57,784 nt of DNA from NCBI GenBank assembly GCA_018304295.1, contig JAGVWK010000046.1, positions 1 to 57,784 of the forward strand, given 5' to 3'. Made by a program: the position numbers and the translations under genes. This document shows positions 27,037 through 34,626 of this stretch, piece after piece. This DNA comes from Candidatus Micrarchaeota archaeon. Its GTDB lineage: Archaea > Micrarchaeota > Micrarchaeia > Anstonellales > Anstonellaceae. The notes below the pieces were generated by a model. It made no database searches. It saw only the letters and a program-made list of their open reading frames with translations, and was not told where the DNA came from. Positions within the stretch are counted from its first letter, which is position 1; each line of letters opens with the position of its first letter.

Positions 27037-28647
27037 ATGAAATCCAAAACTTACGACGCAGTGAACAAGGCTTGGAAGAGCACGTGCAAGGTGCTTTTTG
27101 GCACCGAGGTGGGAGAGCTTGAGGATTTTGAAAAATGGCTGAACTCCCACATGCCAACGCCCCAGCTTGAAACCTCCTCTTTCTCAGGCAAATCCGTGGC
27201 ACTCCCGTGCAGCGATTATGGCAGGCACGATTATGCCAAAGGCGCGCACTTTACAAGCTTTGACGAAATCAAGTTTGGCACTAAATTTAAGCCGCTTAAC
27301 ATAAACGAGGTAAAAGACATAGACATGATAATAGCCGCCCTTGGCGAGCGCCTTGCCTACTGCGGCAACATAGTGCTTGGCAATTCAGCATACGTAGAGA
27401 AAAGCGCGGACGTGATAAACTCCAGCTTTGTCCTGTCCTCCTCCCTTGTAGGGGACTCAAGGTACATATCCCACAGCATCTGGGTATATGAGAGCCAGTA
27501 CTGCTTTGGGAACTTTGGCGCATGGAAGAACATGCACTCCATAATGCTCAGTGGCGGGGAATATGTGCGCTGCTTTGAGTGCCATTCCGGGGAGGTAAAC
27601 TCGGATTGCTACTATTGCGGCAGCCCGAAAAACTGCTCCAATTGCATGTTCTCCTTTGGGATACAAAACAAGCGCAACATGATAGGCAACCTTGAGCTTC
27701 CAAAGGAAAAATACGCGCAAATAAAAGCCTCCCTTACCTCGCATATGGCAGATACGCTGCGCAAGGAAAAAAGGATTTTCTCGCTCTTTGACATATTGGA
27801 TGGCTGCCGGAAATACCCCCATGAAAAGCTGCAAATGCCTCAGGAAGAAAAACAAAAGCCATTTGACATAACGCCCATTGAAAAATCCTTTGGTGCAACC
27901 ACGGGAATACTTCTTGGAAAGCCGCTTTGCGGCATTGACTCCTATTCAAGGTTCCTGCAACGGCACGTGCCTTCAAACAAGCACATCGCATCCCCTTTCA
28001 GCGGCCAAAAAGTCGTGCTCGCAGGCTACCGTGCTTTTCTTTCAAGCCTTTACAACCTTGAGGGCAGGATGGTTACAGAAAGCGAGGTAAGGCAAATAGG
28101 GAAGCTTCCCTCCAAAATGGAAAAAATAAGCAAGATGCAGGCAACTATGGGCTCAGTGTGCGAAACGCTCCATGAAATAGCATACAGCGACCTTGACAAG
28201 CAGTATGGGAACAACACAAACAACTTTGACTGCTCCGTGGTGGTGAACGCGCACGACTGCTACAAGGGCTCTGCATATTCGCATTGCAAAAAATGCGCCT
28301 ACTCTTTTTGGCCATTTGGCTGCGAACAGGTGTTCGGCTCCTACAACTCTTGGAACTGCCAGTTTTGCATCAACTGCTACAACTCAAAGAAGCTTTCAAG
28401 GTGCTTTGAAACCGACTGCTCCTACGAATGCTCGGACGGATACTTCCTGCACAACTGCGAGAACGTGCGCGATTCCATGTTCTGCTTTAACACAAAGAAC
28501 CTGCACAACGCAATCGGGAACGCGCAGCTTGAGAAGGGAAAATATTCCGGCATCAAAGATGCGCTCGTATCCCAAATGCATGCGGAGCTTGAGAAGAAGA
28601 AAGGCTTAAAATGGGACATTTACAATATAGGTGCCGGTAAGGCCTAA
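27037..28647 (+). CDS. Cys-rich two-module repeat protein, paralogue 2
   Basis: 536 aa; same motif order as paralogue 1. Its stop overlaps the start of paralogue 3 (TAATG). Confidence 0.85.
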   Translation: MKSKTYDAVNKAWKSTCKVLFGTEVGELEDFEKWLNSHMPTPQLETSSFSGKSVALPCSDYGRHDYAKGAHFTSFDEIKFGTKFKPLNINEVKDIDMIIAALGERLAYCGNIVLGNSAYVEKSADVINSSFVLSSSLVGDSRYISHSIWVYESQYCFGNFGAWKNMHSIMLSGGEYVRCFECHSGEVNSDCYYCGSPKNCSNCMFSFGIQNKRNMIGNLELPKEKYAQIKASLTSHMADTLRKEKRIFSLFDILDGCRKYPHEKLQMPQEEKQKPFDITPIEKSFGATTGILLGKPLCGIDSYSRFLQRHVPSNKHIASPFSGQKVVLAGYRAFLSSLYNLEGRMVTESEVRQIGKLPSKMEKISKMQATMGSVCETLHEIAYSDLDKQYGNNTNNFDCSVVVNAHDCYKGSAYSHCKKCAYSFWPFGCEQVFGSYNSWNCQFCINCYNSKKLSRCFETDCSYECSDGYFLHNCENVRDSMFCFNTKNLHNAIGNAQLEKGKYSGIKDALVSQMHAELEKKKGLKWDIYNIGAGKA

Positions 28648-30215
28648 TGGATTTGCAGCAGTCTTTTGACACAACGGCAAAGGTCCTTTTCGGCCAGCCC
28701 ATAGGGAAACTTTCGGATTTCAGGGATTACCTTGGGGAAATGGTGCTTCCCTACCAGACAAAAAAATCCTTTCTTTCAGGCAAGCAAGTGATGGTTTCGC
28801 ACCGGTTTTACCCCAAGGATGCGAAATTCATTTCACAGGAGGAGATAGCGCAGCTAAAATTCCAGCCGCTCTCCATAAACGAGATAAAGGACATAGATTC
28901 GCTCCTTTGTGCAGTGTCAGAGCGCGCAATATACTGCGGCAACAAGCTGCTTGGGGAAAACACCCTTGTGCAGGGCGTTGACAATTGCGTGGATTGCAAT
29001 CATGTTGAGCATTCGCACAACGTTTTCAGCATAAAATACGGCGCATACCTTTCCTGCCTGCGCGAATGCGAGCACGTTTTCGGGGTTTTCGGCTTCCCCC
29101 GCTCCTCATTTTCCATGCGCTGTTTTGATGGGATAGGGACAACCCGCTGTTTTGAGTCCTATTACTCGCGGGAGCTTGCGGATACCTACTATGCATTCAA
29201 CTGCGTGGGCTGCTCGGATTGCATTTTCGCGTTCAATTTGCGCGGCAAACGGCACACAATAGGCAACCTTGAGCTTCCAAAAGACAGCTATCTTGAACTC
29301 AAGAAAAAGCTTGTTTTTGAAATGGGCGCACAGCTGAAGAAAAACAAGAGGCTATTTTCAGTAGTGGACATCGCATACGCAGGCCGCGACCGCAAAACAA
29401 TAAAGGAAGACGAGGTTCTTTTTGATTCGCCAGTGCCGCAAAAAGTTGAGGAGGCATTCAGGAAAACAACAAAGCTCGTGCTTGGGAAGGAGCTGCAGGG
29501 AATAAAGCAGTTTGAAGGCTGGCTGCAAAAATGCGCCCTCACGGTAAAGAAAATAAAAGGAGCGCTTGGCACTCCCACTTACAAGGTGGACGGCCTTCCA
29601 TTCGCATCGGATATCCCTGCTGACCGGCTGCTCACCCTTGGCGAAGCCCTTTCATTTTCCGAAAAAAACAAAATAAGCCTAAAAGCCGGAGAATCCCTGT
29701 CTTTGCATGAAACGCTTTTGCGCGTTGCAAAAATAGCGCGCTTCAGCCTTGAGTTCATTGACGGGTGCAGCGAGAACTGCGTGGACGTCCCAACAATATT
29801 CACGGGCTTTGACTCGTACAAAACATACGACATTACCCATTCCAAATATTCCGCATATGCCAGCGTCGCAGTGCACTCCGAATACATCTTCGGCGGGCAC
29901 CTGCGCATGCTTTACTCCCAGTTCTGCATAAACTGCTTTGATTCCACAAAGCTTAATTCCTGCTTTGAGGTTGATTGCTCATATTCGTGCAGAAATTGCC
30001 TATTCTGCCACAACTGCGAGAACCTCTCCGACTGCATGTTCTGCTTCAATGCAAAGAATTTGCGCTACGCGATAGGCAATGTGGAAGTTGGCAGGGAAGG
30101 GTACATGCGCATAAAAGGCATTCTCCTCGCGCACATCCAAAAGGAGCTTGAGGAAAAGAAAAGGCTGGGCTTGAACATCTTTAACTCTGGCGCAAAAAGC
30201 GCAGGAAGTGCCTGA
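28647..30215 (+). CDS. Cys-rich two-module repeat protein, paralogue 3
   Basis: 522 aa; same motif order as paralogue 1. Confidence 0.85.
   Translation: MDLQQSFDTTAKVLFGQPIGKLSDFRDYLGEMVLPYQTKKSFLSGKQVMVSHRFYPKDAKFISQEEIAQLKFQPLSINEIKDIDSLLCAVSERAIYCGNKLLGENTLVQGVDNCVDCNHVEHSHNVFSIKYGAYLSCLRECEHVFGVFGFPRSSFSMRCFDGIGTTRCFESYYSRELADTYYAFNCVGCSDCIFAFNLRGKRHTIGNLELPKDSYLELKKKLVFEMGAQLKKNKRLFSVVDIAYAGRDRKTIKEDEVLFDSPVPQKVEEAFRKTTKLVLGKELQGIKQFEGWLQKCALTVKKIKGALGTPTYKVDGLPFASDIPADRLLTLGEALSFSEKNKISLKAGESLSLHETLLRVAKIARFSLEFIDGCSENCVDVPTIFTGFDSYKTYDITHSKYSAYASVAVHSEYIFGGHLRMLYSQFCINCFDSTKLNSCFEVDCSYSCRNCLFCHNCENLSDCMFCFNAKNLRYAIGNVEVGREGYMRIKGILLAHIQKELEEKKRLGLNIFNSGAKSAGSA
30005..30154 (+). repeat. 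Near-identical nucleotide tracts shared with 32854..33003 (paralogue 3 vs paralogue 4, 3' ends)
   Basis: Hand alignment at a constant offset of 2849 nt. 30005-30088 differs from 32854-32937 at 3 positions, all synonymous. 30112-30154 is identical to 32961-33003. Confidence 0.85.
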
Positions 30216-30243
30216 ATGTTAAGAATAAGCGAAACTTATAGTA

Positions 30244-30251
30244 TTTTATAA
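30244..30251 (+). promoter_or_regulatory. TATA-like box (ttttataa) 21-28 nt upstream of ATG 30272
   Basis: It lies in the AT-rich 56-nt spacer between paralogue 3 and the AbiEii-like gene. Confidence 0.45.
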
Positions 30252-30271
30252 TTAACGTTCATTATATACCC

Positions 30272-30916
30272 ATGGACCTCCCGCTGCAAAACCGCCTCAA
30301 GAAACGGGCTCATGCCGAGCTTGCGAGCCTGCAGGACGAGGTAGTGGACATCCTCTACAATGTTGCCCCAAAAGCGGTTTTCCACGGCGGAACGTGCATC
30401 TGGCGTTGTTATGGGGGAAGCCGTTTTTCGGAGGATTTGGATTTCTACCTCGCGCTAGGCGCGTTTGATGCACAGAGCTTAAAGGCAGCGCTTCTTGCGC
30501 GCGGGCTTGCGCTTGACAAGTTCAAGCAGACGCAGAACTTAATGTACGCGAAAATCTCCTCGGGTGACGTGCAGGTTCGCCTTGAAATAAACCTTGCAGC
30601 AATGAAAAGCCCTGTTTCAAGGGCGTATGAAAAAACAGATGGGGCATTTATGGAAGTCCTTGCGCTAAGCGCAGAGGGACTTTTGGCTGAAAAATTCGCG
30701 GCATACGCAAACAGGAAGCTCGTGCGGGACATTTATGACGTGTTTTATCTCAGCAGGATTGCGCAGGCGGACAAGGAAACCGCCACACGCATAAGTGGCT
30801 TTTTGAAAAACCCCTTTGCGCCGGCTGACTACAAGAACCTGCGCGCAATCGTGTATGCCGGCACAGTTCCAACCTATGCACAGATGCTTGAAGCCTTGCG
30901 GGGGCGTTTCCCATGA
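30272..30916 (+). CDS. AbiEii/AbiGii-family nucleotidyltransferase (type IV TA toxin-like)
   Basis: FHGGTCIWRCYGGSRFSEDLDFY matches the family signature GGTAL...Y...R.S.D(I/L)DF. Confidence 0.75.
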   Translation: MDLPLQNRLKKRAHAELASLQDEVVDILYNVAPKAVFHGGTCIWRCYGGSRFSEDLDFYLALGAFDAQSLKAALLARGLALDKFKQTQNLMYAKISSGDVQVRLEINLAAMKSPVSRAYEKTDGAFMEVLALSAEGLLAEKFAAYANRKLVRDIYDVFYLSRIAQADKETATRISGFLKNPFAPADYKNLRAIVYAGTVPTYAQMLEALRGRFP

Positions 30917-31491
30917 AATATGCAAAGGAGTTCCGCGATAAATTTGCCAAGAGGCGCAGCTTCAGCGCGCGCGACGTCGCGCTTTATTTCAGGCAGAAAG
31001 GGCTTTCAGCGCAGTACAGGCGCGTGCTTTTGCACAACCTAGTGAAGAAAGGCGGGCTTAAGCGGATAAAACGGGGGGTTTACACGTTCTCCAATGATAT
31101 AAGCTGCGTGGGGTTTGCATATTCCCCATTTTACTACGGGCTGCAGGATGCGCTTTCAATGCACAACTTATGGGAGCAGGAGGCAAACCCCATAGTGATA
31201 ACGCCGCAAAAGGCAAGGCAGGGCATGCGCTCCTTTTTGGGGAACAACTACCTTGTGAGAAGGATAAGCCGCCGCATGTTCTTTGGCTTCTCGCACGTGC
31301 GCCACGGAGGGCAATTCGTGCCTGTTTCGGACGTTGAAAAAACGCTCATAGACTTCTTCTATTTCCGCGAGCCGCTTTCAAAAGATGCACTGGCGGAAAT
31401 AAAAGGGAAACTGGACAAAAAAGTGCTTGAGAAATACCTTAAAAAATGCCCAAAACGGCTGCGGGGAACAATAAGAAACGCGCTCAAGTGA
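30913..31491 (+). CDS. AbiEi-like antitoxin / transcriptional regulator (wHTH)
   Basis: FSARDVALYFRQKGLSAQYRRVLLHNLVKKGGLKRIKRGVYTF carries the typical N-terminal wHTH ending in RGVY. ATGA overlap with the NTase gene. Confidence 0.7.
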   Translation: MKYAKEFRDKFAKRRSFSARDVALYFRQKGLSAQYRRVLLHNLVKKGGLKRIKRGVYTFSNDISCVGFAYSPFYYGLQDALSMHNLWEQEANPIVITPQKARQGMRSFLGNNYLVRRISRRMFFGFSHVRHGGQFVPVSDVEKTLIDFFYFREPLSKDALAEIKGKLDKKVLEKYLKKCPKRLRGTIRNALK

Positions 31492-31495
31492 GCTT

Positions 31496-33052
31496 ATGGA
31501 CATAAATTCCGCATGGAAAAGCGCATGCAAGGTCCTGTTGGGAGAAGAAATAGGGGAAATTCAGCAATACGCAGGATATTTGCAGAAATACGTTGAGCCG
31601 CTTTCAGAAAAAACATCCGCGCTCTCAGGCAAAAAAGTGCTTGTTTCCTCTTCTGATTTTTGCAAAGGGGCGAAATTCATATGCAATGAGGAGCGAGAAG
31701 CGTATGCGAAAATGCTTGCACAGCACAAAATCGGAATAAACGACATGAAGGACATTGATTCCATGCTTGGCGCGCTTTCCGAGAGCCTGTATTACTGCGG
31801 CAACATTGTGCTTGGCAATTCCGCTTTTGTGCAAGAGTCTAACAGGTGCGTGAACGCATACTACTGCTTTCGCTGCGACGACGTATACGATAGCAAGTAC
31901 GTTGCATATTCGCGCGAAGCGCGCTACTGCGAATACGTGTTCGGTTCCAACCAGCCCGGCGAATCTAAGTTCAACATAAAGGGAATGGGTGTATGGAGGG
32001 CAGTGCGGTGCATGGAAGTGATGCGCGCAATGGCATGCTCGGACTGTTACTATAGCGCCAACATAGAGGACTGCTCGGACTGCATGTTTTCCTTTAACCT
32101 GAGAAGCAAGAGGCGCATGATAGGCAACAACTCTCTTTCAAAGGAGGAATACGAAAAACTAAAGGCAAAGCTCATTTGGGACATGTGCGAAACGCTCTCG
32201 CGCAAAAAAGTGCTTCCCTGCATAGCCGACATAATCGCAGGAGGGCAGTTGGCAGGCACGGAGAAGTCCCAGCAGCTCCCACCCTCAGAGCCAAGCGAAG
32301 AAATAGAAAAGGCATTCGGGCAAACCTCAAGGGTGCTTTTTGGAAAGCCGCTTTCCAACATGCGCGCTTACGGGAAATGGCTGCAGCAGCACGTCCCAAA
32401 ATACGAGAAAGTGCGTTCCGCAATAAGCGCCCAGCCAGTGTGCATACCAGCGTGGGTTTTCTACAAGCCCGCACGCGCAAAATGCGTAACAATAGAGGAA
32501 TCCCTCGAGCTTGGGAAGAAATGCGTCCTTGCAAGCAGGCTTGAAAAGCTTGGTGTTTCCAGCGCCGCAGCACTCCTCAAGGAAATAAGCTTCATTGCCC
32601 CTGACATACGCGTGAGCAACAACTTCAACATAACCGACGTTGCAACATGCGGCTACACTTCGGATTGTGCCTACTGCTCAGTATGCGCGTTCAGCAAACA
32701 CTGCGCATACTCCTACTGGCCGCGCCAGTCTGAGCACATATTCGGCTCCTCGCTTGCGTTTTCCTCCCAGTTCTGCCTAAAATGCTATCACTCCTCCAGC
32801 CTGAGCCGCTGCTTTGAGGTATCTGATTCCTACTCCTGCTCCGATTGCTATTTCTGCCACAACTGCGAGAACCTCTCTGACTGCATGTTCTGCTTCAACG
32901 CGAAGAATTTGCGCTACGCGATAGGCAATGTGGAAGTGGGAAGAGAGGAGTTCCTGCGCGTAAAAGGCATTCTCCTCGCGCACATCCAAAAGGAGCTTGA
33001 GGAGAAGAAAAAACTAGAACTGGGCATATTCAACATTGGTGAAAAAAAATGA
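31496..33052 (+). CDS. Cys-rich two-module repeat protein, paralogue 4
   Basis: 518 aa; same motif order. ATGA overlap with paralogue 5. Confidence 0.85.
   Translation: MDINSAWKSACKVLLGEEIGEIQQYAGYLQKYVEPLSEKTSALSGKKVLVSSSDFCKGAKFICNEEREAYAKMLAQHKIGINDMKDIDSMLGALSESLYYCGNIVLGNSAFVQESNRCVNAYYCFRCDDVYDSKYVAYSREARYCEYVFGSNQPGESKFNIKGMGVWRAVRCMEVMRAMACSDCYYSANIEDCSDCMFSFNLRSKRRMIGNNSLSKEEYEKLKAKLIWDMCETLSRKKVLPCIADIIAGGQLAGTEKSQQLPPSEPSEEIEKAFGQTSRVLFGKPLSNMRAYGKWLQQHVPKYEKVRSAISAQPVCIPAWVFYKPARAKCVTIEESLELGKKCVLASRLEKLGVSSAAALLKEISFIAPDIRVSNNFNITDVATCGYTSDCAYCSVCAFSKHCAYSYWPRQSEHIFGSSLAFSSQFCLKCYHSSSLSRCFEVSDSYSCSDCYFCHNCENLSDCMFCFNAKNLRYAIGNVEVGREEFLRVKGILLAHIQKELEEKKKLELGIFNIGEKK
32854..33003 (+). 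repeat. Partner of the 30005..30154 near-identical tracts
   Basis: See 30005..30154. Confidence 0.85.
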
Positions 33053-34626
33053 AAGGCGAAATTTACGAAATGCTCAACAAGCAATGGAAAAGCGCGTGCA
33101 AAGTGATCCTTATGCAGGAAATCGGGGAGCTTAAAGAATACGAAGGCTGGCTGCGCGAAAGCCTTGAGCCGCTTTCAATTGAAAAATCAGGCATTTCGGG
33201 AAAGAAAATTCTTGCTGTAGGGAATTATCCAAAAGGCATAAAATTCATAAGTTTTGACGAGGTTGACCAAGGAAAGAAATTCCAGCCATTAAGCATAAAC
33301 GACATCAAGGATATTGACGGCATCGCGGATGCGGTGCGCGAGCGGGCTTCTTATTGCGGCAACATCGTGCTTGGCAATTCCTCACAAATAGAGCATAGCA
33401 CAGGAATAGAAGACAGCCATTTTATGCTTGGCTCGCACACATTCCACAAATCCGAGTATATCGCACATTGCACGCTTGGAAGGGAAACGAGCCATGCGTT
33501 TGGCTCTTCCTTCATCGGAGAGTCAAGCTTTCTGATAAAATCCGACAACATATGGCGGACAGCCCGCTGCTTCTGCTCTTCGTGGGTATACGAATCTTCG
33601 GATGCGCATTACTCACACGGGCTAAACGGCTGTTTTGACTGCATGTTTTGCTTTGGGTTAAGGGGGGCTAAAAATTGCGTAGGAAATGTGCAGCTTGAAA
33701 AGGGCAAGTATGCCGAGCTTAAAACAAAGCTTCTTGTGGAAATAACAGCAGAGCTAAAGAAGAGGAAAAGATTGGCATTTGTTACTGAAATTGTGCCAAA
33801 GAAAAAAACCACTCTGCAGTTTCGCCCTACACCCGAAAAAGCCAAAGAAAGCGATTTTGGCGCAATTGAAGCCGCATTCTCAAAAGCCTGCGAACTCATC
33901 TTTGGCAGGAGCATAGGAAGCATCCTGCCACTTGAAAAATACCTTTTAAGGAACGTGCGCGGCTCAAGCGCGCATTCCTCCGCACTTAGCGGAACGCCTG
34001 TTTTTGCAGGAAGCATGCAGCTTGATTTGGAGCGCGTGAAAACAGGCAGGCTTGCAACATTTTACGAGCTTTTGGGAATGTCAAAAATAAGGGAATCCCC
34101 AGAAGGCGTTAAGATGGAAAATATCCGGCTTTCAAACATCCAGAATCTCATTGAGCCCATAGCATATTTTTCAACAGAGGAGGAAACGCAAAGCAAAAAC
34201 ATAATAGAATGCCCGACTGCCAACTGCGCATCCGATTGCTTCAGGTGCAACCGCACATACTATGTAAAATATTGCGCGCTTTCTTTCTGGCCACGCAATT
34301 CGGAACACATGTTTGGATGCGATTCAACAAGGAATTCCTCCTTTTGCATAAAATGCCATAACTCATACAAACTGGGCAGGTGCTTTGAGGCGGACACTTC
34401 CCAAAATTGCACGGGCTGCTATTTCATACACAACTGCGAGAACGTGCACGATTCCATGTTCTGCTTCAACGTGAAGAACCTCAGGTATGCGATTGGAAAC
34501 GCGGAAGTTGGGCGGGAGAAATTCATGCAGGCAAAAGAAGCGCTGCAAAAATATATCATTGAAAGGCTTGAGCGCAGCAATGCGCTTGAGCTTGACATCT
34601 TCAACATTGGGCACTGCAAAAACTAG
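33049..34626 (+). CDS. Cys-rich two-module repeat protein, paralogue 5
   Basis: 525 aa; same motif order. Confidence 0.85.
   Translation: MKGEIYEMLNKQWKSACKVILMQEIGELKEYEGWLRESLEPLSIEKSGISGKKILAVGNYPKGIKFISFDEVDQGKKFQPLSINDIKDIDGIADAVRERASYCGNIVLGNSSQIEHSTGIEDSHFMLGSHTFHKSEYIAHCTLGRETSHAFGSSFIGESSFLIKSDNIWRTARCFCSSWVYESSDAHYSHGLNGCFDCMFCFGLRGAKNCVGNVQLEKGKYAELKTKLLVEITAELKKRKRLAFVTEIVPKKKTTLQFRPTPEKAKESDFGAIEAAFSKACELIFGRSIGSILPLEKYLLRNVRGSSAHSSALSGTPVFAGSMQLDLERVKTGRLATFYELLGMSKIRESPEGVKMENIRLSNIQNLIEPIAYFSTEEETQSKNIIECPTANCASDCFRCNRTYYVKYCALSFWPRNSEHMFGCDSTRNSSFCIKCHNSYKLGRCFEADTSQNCTGCYFIHNCENVHDSMFCFNVKNLRYAIGNAEVGREKFMQAKEALQKYIIERLERSNALELDIFNIGHCKN

Noticed and set aside
23777-34626. 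I considered whether the recurring sequence blocks could be a CRISPR array or non-coding repeats.
   Set aside because: The repeats are hundreds of codons long, in frame, and diverged mainly at synonymous or conservative positions. There are no short regularly spaced direct repeats with unique spacers anywhere in the window.
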